NCBI GenBank assembly: GCA_034665065.1
Contig: JAXDGL010000001.1
Coordinates: 34,691 to 98,690 of the forward strand
Direction of reading: 5' to 3'
From: Thermoanaerobaculia bacterium
GTDB taxonomy: Bacteria; Acidobacteriota; Thermoanaerobaculia; Gp7-AA8
DNA: 64,000 nucleotides
Position numbers and translations under genes: made by a program. The notes under the pieces were generated by a model. It ran no database searches, was not told where the DNA came from, and was given only the letters and a program-made list of their open reading frames with translations. This document shows positions 53,707 through 63,046 of this stretch, piece by piece. Each line of letters starts with the position of its first letter. Positions within the stretch are counted from its first letter, which is position 1.

Positions 53707-55419
53707 GTGCTCTCACCCGAACAGCAGCTCGGACCCTACCGCCTCATCGCTCGTGTCGGTGCAGGCGGCATGGGCGAGGTGTGGCGGGCCGAGGATTCGC
53801 GGCTGGGCCGCATCGTGGCGATCAAGGTCCTGCCGCCGAGTTTCGTTGCCGATGCCGAGGCGACGTCGCGGCTCAAGAGGGAAGCGAGGACGGCGGCGCA
53901 GCTCTATCACCCATCGATCGCCACGATCCACTCGATCGAGCAGGATGGCGATCACATCTTCATCGTCGAGGAGTTCGTCGAAGGGGAATCGCTGACGAAG
54001 GTCATCAAGCGCGGCGGGCTTCCGGAGCCGGAGATCTGCCGCATCGTTCGCGCCGTCGCCGATGCGCTGGCCGAGGCGCATGCGAAAGGCATCGTTCACC
54101 GCGACATCAAGCCCGACAACATCATCGTCAGCGGCAATCGCGTGAAGGTTCTCGACTTCGGCATCGCCAAGCAGGTCGGCGTCACCGGCGCCGCTCCCGA
54201 GACGTTCGTCACGCAGCAAGGCATGATCCTCGGCACCATCCACTACATGTCCCCCGAGCAGGCCCTCGGCAGAAACCTCGACGGCCGCACGGATGTGTTC
54301 TCGCTCGGCGTCGTGTTGTACGAAATGGCCACCGGACGCAAGCCCTTCGAAGGCGAGACGATCACCGAGACGATGACGCAGATCATCCGCGACGAGCCGG
54401 CGGACGCCGCGATCCTCAATCCGGGCATGTCGGCCGGGCTGAAGTCGATCATCGAACGATCGATGCGGAAGAATCCGGCGGAGCGATTCACTGCCGCGGA
54501 ATTGGTCTCGGCACTCGACGAACAACTCGGCCGGGCACGGACCGCGCCCTACACATCGGAGCAATCGGGCACACCGACCGTTGTTTCGTCGCCGGTCGCA
54601 GCCGCTCCATCCGCGGCGGCTCCGACGATCCGAACCGGACCGCAGGCCGCAACCGTGCAGCAGTCGGTGCAACCAGCAGCGAAGTCGCGGCGTGGTTTGC
54701 TGGCGGCCATACTCATCGTCCTGTTCATCGTCATGGCCGCTGCAGCGGTGGCGGTCGTATCACTGTTTCGCTCCGAGCCGGCGACAGTGACGACGCAGAC
54801 GACGACGGCAAAGCCGGCCGCGCCGCAGTCATCGACATCCGTCAGTGTGACTGCGCCTCCCGAGGCAACGGTCGAAGAGACATCGACGGCGGCGGATACG
54901 GCGGACGACGCGTCGACCGAGGGATTGACTAGAGTCGGATCGGCAAAGCCGGCGACCGATACGTCAGAATCTGCGGATGCCGAGCAGGAGACCGTAACGG
55001 AATCGGCGCCGACGGAGGGCGCAGACGCTCTTTACATGCACGCAATGACGCAGATTGCCAGTGGCGATTCGATCGAGGCGAGAAAAACACTGCATCGCGT
55101 GATTCAGCAGGATCCGCATTACGCCAAGGCGCACTTCCGCATGGGCGAGATCGCGCTTCTCAATCGCAATCTCGACTACGCGAGCAAAGAGCTGCAAAAG
55201 GCGCTGGACGATCCGGACCGGCTCGGCGTACGCGAGGAGCGGCTCGCGCGGCTCGGACTGGCCTTGGCTGCTCACGAGCGTCCGGAGATCCGGCGGCTCA
55301 GCATGGAGATCTGGCAGCGCTGGCCGGGCGACCCCGACCTGATCCAGATGCGCGCGACGTTCCCCGGAATGTTCGGTGAAGGAATGCGCGATCGCGAACG
55401 GCGCTGGCAACGGCCGTAG
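53707..55419 (+). CDS. Hanks-type Ser/Thr protein kinase with TM helix and C-terminal TPR
   Basis: GAGGMGEV, VAIKVL, HRDIKPDN, DFGIAK and GTIHYMSPEQ motifs; TM helix; DPHYAKAHFRMGEIAL TPR. Confidence 0.95.
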   Translation: MLSPEQQLGPYRLIARVGAGGMGEVWRAEDSRLGRIVAIKVLPPSFVADAEATSRLKREARTAAQLYHPSIATIHSIEQDGDHIFIVEEFVEGESLTKVIKRGGLPEPEICRIVRAVADALAEAHAKGIVHRDIKPDNIIVSGNRVKVLDFGIAKQVGVTGAAPETFVTQQGMILGTIHYMSPEQALGRNLDGRTDVFSLGVVLYEMATGRKPFEGETITETMTQIIRDEPADAAILNPGMSAGLKSIIERSMRKNPAERFTAAELVSALDEQLGRARTAPYTSEQSGTPTVVSSPVAAAPSAAAPTIRTGPQAATVQQSVQPAAKSRRGLLAAILIVLFIVMAAAAVAVVSLFRSEPATVTTQTTTAKPAAPQSSTSVSVTAPPEATVEETSTAADTADDASTEGLTRVGSAKPATDTSESADAEQETVTESAPTEGADALYMHAMTQIASGDSIEARKTLHRVIQQDPHYAKAHFRMGEIALLNRNLDYASKELQKALDDPDRLGVREERLARLGLALAAHERPEIRRLSMEIWQRWPGDPDLIQMRATFPGMFGEGMRDRERRWQRP

Positions 55420-55852
55420 CCGCGACATCGCGCCCACGTCACTCTCATCTTGAGAAACCGTCATCCTGAGCCGCCGAAGCCGCCGCCTTCACGCTGCTCG
55501 TACAACCGGTACACACCGGCGGCGGAGGACGGTCGAAGGGCGAAGGATCAGCACATCACCATCTCTGACGCGATCGAGGCGGCGATTCTCGAAAACATCA
55601 TGGTCCCTGAGGTCGAGCGGATGATGAAGCGGTCACCAGAGTTCGCGCGTATCGCGAAGGATTGGATGCAAAGCGCAAAGATCAGGCGGACATGATGGCG
55701 ACGAAAGGGAAGCGAAAAGATCCGACGGATCGATGCGGCAAGGGAATTCCTTCATAAGAACAGCGAGGACATACTCCGGCGTGCTGAGTCGCACGCCAGC
55801 GTGACGCGCGAAAAGTTGGTGCTGGAGATCGCGTGAGAGCGAGAAGCGCACA

Positions 55853-56686
55853 TCACGTATCTGCCTTGGCTCCGATTATTAGGATGCATCCGCGTCCTTC
55901 TCGATCTAGTAGGGTCGCCGGTATCCCTGCTTCCGCCATCGCCCGATGAAGAGCGGTCCCGAATGTTGGTTGACTCCCGTGTAGCGTCATCGGTACGTCA
56001 AGAACAAAGATCCCGGAGCGGTAGTAATCGGTGTCACGGTTGGCCACATACTCCGGGCGCAGGACTGATAGAAACACGTGAAATTCCAGCGACACTAAAA
56101 GATCATGGAACTCCTGTGCGTACGGCGCGCAGTCACTGCCCGGCGCGTAATAGATGGCGATCCCCGGAATGCCGTGCCTGTATTGCCAAGCACGAGCGAC
56201 ACCTTGTAACCGCCCGCGAATGATCTCTCTCTCGGTTGCTGACAGGTGGCGTGGCGCATCACGCTCCATCGCCGCGAGAATCGGCACGACTTCCTGAAGT
56301 CGAAGTTTTTGGGCGGCCACAAGGCTTGCCAACTCAGCATTGCGCGCCTGAAGTTCGGCGATCTCTGTGCTTTGGGCGGCGATCTTTTTTTCCTGCCGTT
56401 CTCGCGTTTCCGCAAACTGCGGATACGAGACGCCGGTTATGGCTGGAACTCCTACGAGTCCATACCAAGCCGCGCGTGCGAAACAAATGACAGCGCCAAC
56501 GAACGATGAGGTAGCAATTGCGACCGAAGTTTCCGGCGAAAGCCATGCGTGTGGAAACGTCATGGTCGCACCTATGCCGACAAATGCGAGGCCATACCCG
56601 GTCCACACCGCCGCCCATGTCGGATCGCGCTTGCGAAGTTGGACTGCTGCCATCGCGTGGAAGGGTATCGCACCACCACGGCCCAA
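55853..56686 (-). CDS. Hypothetical protein: 2 TM + coiled coil + alpha/beta domain
   Basis: Longest ORF in the insert. Start uncertain (MAAVQ is likely). Atypical codon usage. Confidence 0.6.
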   Translation of the reverse strand: MGRGGAIPFHAMAAVQLRKRDPTWAAVWTGYGLAFVGIGATMTFPHAWLSPETSVAIATSSFVGAVICFARAAWYGLVGVPAITGVSYPQFAETRERQEKKIAAQSTEIAELQARNAELASLVAAQKLRLQEVVPILAAMERDAPRHLSATEREIIRGRLQGVARAWQYRHGIPGIAIYYAPGSDCAPYAQEFHDLLVSLEFHVFLSVLRPEYVANRDTDYYRSGIFVLDVPMTLHGSQPTFGTALHRAMAEAGIPATLLDREGRGCILIIGAKADT

Positions 56687-56723
56687 CGACCGCAGGTTAT
56701 CGGCTGTTTTGAGAACAGGCCGT

Positions 56724-56777
56724 GGACTTTATGTGCAGACATCGGACTTAATGTGCAGAAAGGACTTTGTGTGCAAA
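56724..56777. repeat. Three 16-bp direct repeats GGACTTWRTGTGCARA
   Basis: Copies at 56724, 56744 and 56762. Confidence 0.85.
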
Positions 56778-56964
56778 GCCGGTCGAAGGACCCCCTGATT
56801 GTGTGCAACAGCGCCTGACGAAAACCATCGCAAAAGAAGCAGGGGGTCCTTCGACGTCCTCCGCCGCGATGCCTGCCGTTTGTCAGAGCAGCGTGGAGGC
56901 GCGGCTCCGGCAGTCTCAGGATGACAGCGAGGATGACGCGATCCGCTTACAATCCGCCCCGCTC

Positions 56965-57972
56965 ATGTTCGACCCAATCCCATTCGCGAAACAGCTCATC
57001 GATATCCCGTCGCCGAGCGACGAGGAATTCGACGCCGCCGTTTTCCTGCACGACACGCTCGCCGCGCTCGGCTACGACTGCCGGCGTCAACCGGTCAGCC
57101 AGCGCCGCTTCAACCTCTACGCCGCAGCGGGCGGAAGACCGCGCGTCATTCTCAATTCGCACATGGACACCGTCCCTCCCTGGTTCGCTGCGCGCGACGA
57201 TGGCGACACGCTCTACGGCCGCGGCGCGTGCGACACCAAGGGCATCATCGCGGCGATGATCGCGGCGGGCGAGCGGCTTCGCGGCGAGGGAATGCGCGAC
57301 TTCGCGTTTCTCTTCGTCGTCGGCGAAGAGACCGACTCGATCGGCGCGAAAATGGCGAATAGCGAGTTTGCGGGACTCGGATCCGAGTTCGTGCTCGTCG
57401 GTGAGCCGACGGAATCGACGTTCGCCCGCGCCTCAAAAGGGGCGCTGACCTGCTTCGTGCGCTTCGACGGCATCGCTGCCCACTCCGCATATCCCGAGCG
57501 CGGCGACTCCGCGATCAACAAGATGGTCAAGGCGATCGCGGAGATCAACGCAACGAGTTGGGGTGCGGACGATGATCTCGGAGTGACGACGGTCAACGTC
57601 GGCGTCGTTCACGGCGGAGAAAAGCCAAACATCATTCCCGCTGCAGCGGAGTGTCAGATGATTTTCCGCACAGTCACACATCCCGACGTGGTGCAGGAGC
57701 GACTGCAGTCGATCGTTAGCCGCCACGGCGGCACGATCACTGTTTCGCGCGGCAATCCGCCGCAGTTCATGACGGTACCGGACGGCCAGCGCTCCGCCGT
57801 GGTGGCGTTCAACACCGACGTGCCGCACCTCGGCGCGCTCGGCAAACCGTTGCTATTCGGTCCGGGGTCGATTCTCGATGCGCATGGAGCGAACGAGAAG
57901 ATCGGGAAGAAGGAATTGTTGGAATCGGTGACGACCTACGCCGACACAGTCCACTCGCTATGCCGAAACTGA
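56965..57972 (+). CDS. M20 family metallopeptidase (ArgE/DapE-like)
   Basis: NSHMDTV, LYGRGACDTKG, VGEETD, VGEPT and AHGANE motifs. Confidence 0.9.
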   Translation: MFDPIPFAKQLIDIPSPSDEEFDAAVFLHDTLAALGYDCRRQPVSQRRFNLYAAAGGRPRVILNSHMDTVPPWFAARDDGDTLYGRGACDTKGIIAAMIAAGERLRGEGMRDFAFLFVVGEETDSIGAKMANSEFAGLGSEFVLVGEPTESTFARASKGALTCFVRFDGIAAHSAYPERGDSAINKMVKAIAEINATSWGADDDLGVTTVNVGVVHGGEKPNIIPAAAECQMIFRTVTHPDVVQERLQSIVSRHGGTITVSRGNPPQFMTVPDGQRSAVVAFNTDVPHLGALGKPLLFGPGSILDAHGANEKIGKKELLESVTTYADTVHSLCRN

Positions 57973-59150
57973 ACGAGACCATCTATCTTCTTGCCGCGGT
58001 CCGCACACCGATCGGAAAGTTCGGAGGAGGGCTCTCTTCCCTCACCGCCGCCGACCTCGGCACCGCAAGCGCGAAGGCGACGCTGGAGCGCAGCGGCGTC
58101 GATCCGTCCGCGATCGATGAGGTGATCCTCGGCAACGCACGTCAGGCCGGCGTCGGTCCGAACGTCGCGCGGCAGATCGCGATCCGCAGCGGGCTCGCGC
58201 ACGAAGTTCCGGCGTACACGGTCAACCAGGCCTGCGGCTCGGGGCTGCGCGCGATCATGAACGCCGCCGATCAGATCCGGCTCGGGCAGGCAAGCATCGT
58301 CCTCGCCGGCGGAACAGAATCGATGTCGAATACACCGTATCTATTGCCGCGCGCACGCTGGGGCTACCGCATGGGCGACGCCGAAATCATCGACGGGATG
58401 TACCGCGACGGATTCATGTGCCCCCTCGCCGACGAGATGATGGGCGCGACCGCGGAGACGCTCGCTGACCGCTACAACATCTCGCGCGAGGAGCAGGATG
58501 CGTACGCGGTCGAGACGCAGCGCCGCGCCGGCGTCGCATACGACGAGGGACGATTCAACGATGAGATCGTGCCGGTCACGGTCGCCGGCCGGAAAGGCGA
58601 CGTCGTCGTCGATCGCGATGAGCATCCCCGCTTCGATGCCGACCTCGGCTCGCTGGCGAAGCTGCCGCCGGTGTTTCGCAAGAATGGAACGGTTCACGCG
58701 GGCAATTCGTCGGGAGTGACCGACGGTGCGTCATCGATGCTCGTCGCGTCGGCGGCCGCGTTGCAAGAGCATGGCTTGACGCCGATGGCGCGGATCATCG
58801 GCTACGCGCAGGCGGGCGTCGATCCGAAGATCATGGGGATCGGTCCGGTGCCGGCGACGAAGAAACTGCTCGACGAAACGGGGATCGAACTGTCGGACAT
58901 TGACCTCATCGAGCTCAACGAAGCGTTCGCGGCGCAGGTGATCGCATGCGATCGCGAGTTGCACTTCGATCGCGACAGATTGAACGTTCACGGCGGCGCG
59001 ATCTCACTCGGTCATCCAATCGGTGCGACCGGCGCGCGGATCACGACGACGCTGCTTCACGCGCTGGCATCGCGCGACAAGCGGCTGGGACTTGCGACGC
59101 TTTGCATCAGCGGAGGGATGGGCATTTCGCTTCTGGTGGAGAAATGTTGA
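57960..59150 (+). CDS. Acetyl-CoA acyltransferase (thiolase)
   Basis: NQACGSG, GNSSGVTDG, NEAFA, HGGAISLGHPIGATG and LCISGG motifs. Confidence 0.95.
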   Translation: MPKLNETIYLLAAVRTPIGKFGGGLSSLTAADLGTASAKATLERSGVDPSAIDEVILGNARQAGVGPNVARQIAIRSGLAHEVPAYTVNQACGSGLRAIMNAADQIRLGQASIVLAGGTESMSNTPYLLPRARWGYRMGDAEIIDGMYRDGFMCPLADEMMGATAETLADRYNISREEQDAYAVETQRRAGVAYDEGRFNDEIVPVTVAGRKGDVVVDRDEHPRFDADLGSLAKLPPVFRKNGTVHAGNSSGVTDGASSMLVASAAALQEHGLTPMARIIGYAQAGVDPKIMGIGPVPATKKLLDETGIELSDIDLIELNEAFAAQVIACDRELHFDRDRLNVHGGAISLGHPIGATGARITTTLLHALASRDKRLGLATLCISGGMGISLLVEKC

Positions 59151-59327
59151 ATGTTGAGTGTTGAATGTTGAATGTTGAATGAAGGCCGATTGATGAGGCA
59201 GAGCGGCGCGACAATATCTTCGGCACACCCAACGCAAAAAACGTCACCCTTTAAGCGAACTCATCCAGTATTTACATTCACATTTAACATTCAACATTTA
59301 ACATTCAACACTTAACATTCAACATTC
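59143..59327. repeat. Inverted heptamer arrays (AATGTTG)n / (AACATTY)n around a 90-bp spacer
   Basis: Arrays at 59143-59181 and 59271-59327. Confidence 0.9.
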
Positions 59328-60092
59328 ATGATCTTCACTGACTCCCACTGCCATCTGACCATGTCCGACGCGGACGGCAATCTGGCCCGTGCCCGCGAGG
59401 GCGGCGTGCGTGGATTCGTCGTGCCGGCGACCAAACTTTCCGATGCGCCCGAAGCGGTGGCGGTCGCGCAGCGCAATGACGATGTGTGGGCCGCCGTCGG
59501 CTTCCATCCGCACGAGACGAAGGATTGCGATGACGCGGCGTTCGCGGAGATCGAACGGCTGGCCGGCGAGCCACGCGTCGTCGCCATCGGCGAGTGCGGG
59601 CTCGACTACCACTACATGCACTCCCCGCGTGAAACGCAGATCGCCGTCTTCGAGCGGCATCTCGACCTCGCCAGGCGGATGAACAAACCGATCATCGTTC
59701 ACAATCGCGAGTCGACGGAAGACATCGTGTCGATCCTCGCGAATGCCGGCGCGCGCGGCATCCTCCATTCGTTCACCGAGTCGGAAGAGATCGCACGCAA
59801 ATTCATCGAGGCCGGCTACTTCATCTCCTTCTCCGGCATCGTCACCTTTCGCAGTGCCGAGTCGTTGCGGGCCTGCGCCAAAGCACTGCCTCACGATCGC
59901 GTGCTCATCGAAACCGACACACCGTACCTCGCACCCGTGCCGTTTCGCGGGCGCGACAACGAGCCGGCGTATGTCGTCAAAGTCGCGGAGCTGCTGGCGT
60001 CGTTGTGGGACGTCTCGCTGGCCGAGGTGGCGGCGCGGACAACGGCAAATTTTGAGAATGTGTTTGGAGTTACAGTCACCACTTTATCCTGA
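59328..60092 (+). CDS. TatD family hydrolase
   Basis: DSHCHL, GFHP, IGECGLDY, IVHNRE, LHSF and ETDTPYLAP motifs. Confidence 0.95.
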   Translation: MIFTDSHCHLTMSDADGNLARAREGGVRGFVVPATKLSDAPEAVAVAQRNDDVWAAVGFHPHETKDCDDAAFAEIERLAGEPRVVAIGECGLDYHYMHSPRETQIAVFERHLDLARRMNKPIIVHNRESTEDIVSILANAGARGILHSFTESEEIARKFIEAGYFISFSGIVTFRSAESLRACAKALPHDRVLIETDTPYLAPVPFRGRDNEPAYVVKVAELLASLWDVSLAEVAARTTANFENVFGVTVTTLS

Positions 60093-60187
60093 GCGAAGCG
60101 AAGGATCTCTAGTGCAACCGCGCGGGACGTGCTGATATCGACGACAGCGCGGCTGCACCGGAGATCCTTCGCTTCGCTCAGGATAAA
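60083..60187. repeat. REP family B palindromic element with a perfect 27-bp IR
   Basis: tttatcctgagcgaagcgaaggatctc / gagatccttcgcttcgctcaggataaa. Confidence 0.92.
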
Positions 60188-60196
60188 CTTCGCCCA

Positions 60197-60913
60197 ATGC
60201 CCGACCTTTCCGTCGTCTTTCCCGTCTACAACGAGGAAGAAAACATCCCCATCCTTCTCGATGAGATCGCGAAGGCTCTGGATGGATCACCGTGGTCGTA
60301 CGAGATCGTTGCGGTCGATGACGGCTCGACCGATCGCAGCCTGGAAGTGCTGCGCGCCAGCCGTTCGAAACATCCGACGTTGCGCGTGCTGACCTTCGCG
60401 AAGAACAGCGGACAGACGGCGGCGCTCGATGCGGCCTGGCGCGCGGCGAGCGGGACGTACGTGGTCTCACTCGACGCCGATCTGCAGAACGATCCCGCCG
60501 ACATCCCGGCCATGATGCGAAAACTGGAGTCGAGCGGATCGGACATGGTCATCGGCGTGCGCGTGAATCGTCACGACACCTGGTCGCGCAAGATGCAGTC
60601 GAAGATCGGCAACGGCGTGCGCAACTGGATCACGAACGATCACATCACCGACACCGGCTGCTCGCTCAAGCTGATCAAACGTGTGGCGATCGACCGCGTG
60701 CGGCTTCACACCGGAATGCATCGTTTTCTGCCGACGCTGGTACGGATGCAGGGCTACCAAGTGGTAGAAATGCCGGTCAATCACCGCGCGCGGCAGTTCG
60801 GCGTGTCGAAGTACGGAGCGATGAACCGCGCCTTTCGCGGCCTCGCCGACTGCATCGCGGTGCGCTGGATGTCGAAGCGCGTGCTGAAGTACGAGGTGCG
60901 GGAAGTTCCCTAG
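60197..60913 (+). CDS. Glycosyltransferase family 2 (ArnC / polyprenol-phosphate GT-like)
   Basis: VFPVYNEEENI, VDDGSTD, NSGQTAA, LDADLQNDPAD and DTGCSLK motifs. Confidence 0.93.
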   Translation: MPDLSVVFPVYNEEENIPILLDEIAKALDGSPWSYEIVAVDDGSTDRSLEVLRASRSKHPTLRVLTFAKNSGQTAALDAAWRAASGTYVVSLDADLQNDPADIPAMMRKLESSGSDMVIGVRVNRHDTWSRKMQSKIGNGVRNWITNDHITDTGCSLKLIKRVAIDRVRLHTGMHRFLPTLVRMQGYQVVEMPVNHRARQFGVSKYGAMNRAFRGLADCIAVRWMSKRVLKYEVREVP

Positions 60914-60914
60914 A

Positions 60915-61023
60915 GTCTATCCTGAGCGCCAGCGAAGGATCTCCGGTGCGGCTGCGCGTGAAGTGCCGACAACCGGGAGCGCGCGGCTGCACTGGAGATC
61001 CTTCGCTGGCGCTCAGGATAGAC
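60915..61023. repeat. REP family B palindromic element with a perfect 30-bp IR
   Basis: gtctatcctgagcgccagcgaaggatctcc / ggagatccttcgctggcgctcaggatagac. Confidence 0.92.
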
Positions 61024-61035
61024 TTCCTTCACCCG

Positions 61036-61332
61036 ATGCACTTCCCTCTCTCATTCGACCCGCGCACGTGGCACTGGGACTTGCTCGCCCTCTTCGGCTT
61101 CGTGGCGCAGACGCTCTTCGCCGCGCGCTTCATCGTGCAATGGATCGCGTCGGAGCGCCGCAAGATGAGTCACGTTCCGGTGGGGTTCTGGTACCTCTCG
61201 CTCACCGGCGGACTGCTGATGACGATCTACGGCGTCGCCCGCCGCGATCCCGTCATCATCCTCGGGCAGGCTCCGGCATTGATCGTGTACATCCGCAATC
61301 TAATGCTCATCCGATCCGCACGAACTCGTTAG
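61036..61332 (+). CDS. Lipid-A-disaccharide synthase N-terminal (LAB_N) domain protein
   Basis: GFVAQTLFAARFIVQWIASER...PVGFWYLSLTGG...DPVIILGQ...YIRNL. Confidence 0.88.
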   Translation: MHFPLSFDPRTWHWDLLALFGFVAQTLFAARFIVQWIASERRKMSHVPVGFWYLSLTGGLLMTIYGVARRDPVIILGQAPALIVYIRNLMLIRSARTR

Positions 61333-61334
61333 CC

Positions 61335-61886
61335 ATGTTCGACCTCAACGACGATCAGCGAAAAACCTTACTCGGCATCGCGCGAAAATCGATCGCCTCT
61401 GTGCTCGGCGGACACGCGCCCGAGTGGAAGGCGGAGGATTTCGACGATCTTCTCCGCCGTCCGGCGGGAGCTTTCGTGACGTTGAAAACGCATGACGGCG
61501 ATCTTCGCGGATGCATCGGATCAATTCAGGCAGTGCAGCCGCTTTTCCAGGCAGTGGCTTCGAGCGCGGTCTCGGCGGCGTTTCGAGATCCGCGATTTCC
61601 TCCGCTCAGTCCCGGCGAGCTCGATGCGCTCGATCTCGAAATCTCGGTCATGGGGCCGATCGAAGTCGTCGGCAACATCGAGGACATCGTCCCTGGCAGG
61701 GATGGTTTGATCATCAGCAAAGGGCGGAATGCCGGACTGCTGCTCCCTCAGGTCGCGACAGAATATGGCTGGGACCGCGAGACCTTCCTCCAGCACACCT
61801 GCCTCAAAGCGGGACTCCCTCGGGACGCCTGGCGATCAGGCGACTGCCGCATCGAGAAGTTTTCAGCCGTCGTATTTGGCGAATAA
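61335..61886 (+). CDS. AmmeMemoRadiSam system protein A (AMMECR1 family)
   Basis: GAFVTL...LRGCIG...DPRFPPL...LEISV...GLLLPQVA. Confidence 0.92.
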   Translation: MFDLNDDQRKTLLGIARKSIASVLGGHAPEWKAEDFDDLLRRPAGAFVTLKTHDGDLRGCIGSIQAVQPLFQAVASSAVSAAFRDPRFPPLSPGELDALDLEISVMGPIEVVGNIEDIVPGRDGLIISKGRNAGLLLPQVATEYGWDRETFLQHTCLKAGLPRDAWRSGDCRIEKFSAVVFGE

Positions 61887-62024
61887 CTCTTCTGTGCGCA
61901 ATAAGTTGAGCCTTGTTTCGCAAGTCAGAGCTTGTGGATCGGCGGCATAAACCTCTACTCCCCCTTCGTTACCAGCGCCACGAGACCAATCTTATTCGTA
62001 GCGACAATAACTGTAGGGAGGACG

Positions 62025-62939
62025 ATGCCGAAGAAGCCGCTGTCACTCACGGAATCTCTGTCCACTCGCTCGGCGAACGTACGCCGCAAGACGCAGTCTC
62101 ACAAGTTTCTCCGCCTGATCGGTGGACGCGCCGCAGCGACGATCGTCGTCGGAGCGGCACTCTCCGTCGGCGGCGTAACCGAAGCGCTGCAGGGGGTGCA
62201 CTTCCTCGTGCTGAAGGATATTGATGCCGTGAAGATCGTCGAGCAGAAGGGATCGCATTCGACGGTCGTCGCGAAGCTCGGCGACGACTTCGCCGGCAAC
62301 TCCTTCTTCAAACTCTCGCGAAGCCTTCCGAAGAGTCTCGTGACGCAGCGCATCAATCTCTTCAACGAATCGTGGCTGCCCGAGAGCACTTCGTTCGCGC
62401 CGCCGGCCCCGCAGAAAACGGACGTCTTTCACGCGGAGATGCGGCGGATCAACGACGCGATTCGCAAAGAGTTTTTCGCCAACGCGGTTCCGTTTGGCGA
62501 CATCATCCACGCCAAGTCGCAAAAATATGACGTCGATCCCGCGCTCGTCGCCGCAGTGGTCGAGACGGAGTCACGCTTCCGCACCAATGCGCGCTCGGAA
62601 GTCGGCGCGCGCGGACTGATGCAGCTCATGCCACGTACCGGCCGCTGGATGGGAGCGACGAACCTCTACAACGCCGAGCAGAATGTCGACGCCGGCGCGA
62701 AGTACCTCAGCTACCTCAATCAGCGTTTCGACGGCAACCTCACGAAGACGATCGCCGCGTACAACGCAGGCGAGGGCAACGTCCGCCGTTACAACGGCGT
62801 GCCTCCGTTCCGCGAGACGCGCACGTACGTGAAGCGGGTCATGTCGCGTTACGCCAAACGCAAGCAGGAACTGAAGCAGTACGACACCGAGCACGGGCCA
62901 GGCGCAGCCAGCGACGACAGCGTGATGACGCTGCGGTGA
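62025..62939 (+). CDS. Lytic transglycosylase (SLT domain)
   Basis: AVVETESRF, SEVGARGLMQLMP, AAYNAGEG and PPFRETRTYV motifs; GGGAGG SD. Confidence 0.93.
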   Translation: MPKKPLSLTESLSTRSANVRRKTQSHKFLRLIGGRAAATIVVGAALSVGGVTEALQGVHFLVLKDIDAVKIVEQKGSHSTVVAKLGDDFAGNSFFKLSRSLPKSLVTQRINLFNESWLPESTSFAPPAPQKTDVFHAEMRRINDAIRKEFFANAVPFGDIIHAKSQKYDVDPALVAAVVETESRFRTNARSEVGARGLMQLMPRTGRWMGATNLYNAEQNVDAGAKYLSYLNQRFDGNLTKTIAAYNAGEGNVRRYNGVPPFRETRTYVKRVMSRYAKRKQELKQYDTEHGPGAASDDSVMTLR

Positions 62940-63046
62940 GGCAGCCGCAGCGCCAAACGGCGTGAGCGCGGACTCACTGGAGTCTTATCCCTTTGATCTG
63001 TGAATCCCTGCCCCAACCACTGAGCCCTGCTCACTGATTGCAGTTC

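Larger units (their letters stand above)
55459..56925. mobile_element. REP family B doublet interrupted by a ~1.24-kb foreign insert flanked by a 10-bp direct repeat (CGGTCGAAGG)
   Basis: Left arm 55459-55539, right arm 56780-56925, direct repeat at 55530-39 and 56780-89. Confidence 0.55.

Noticed and set aside
55540-55850. Intact small gene(s) at the left end of the insert
   Set aside because: The protein-like frame (…ITISDAIEAAILEN…) has no start inside the insert, and downstream frames are broken; at best a fragment.
49694-61886. Complete AmmeMemoRadiSam system
   Set aside because: Only protein A is present. The radical SAM at 49694 is a B12-binding type 10 kb away, and there is no Memo protein.
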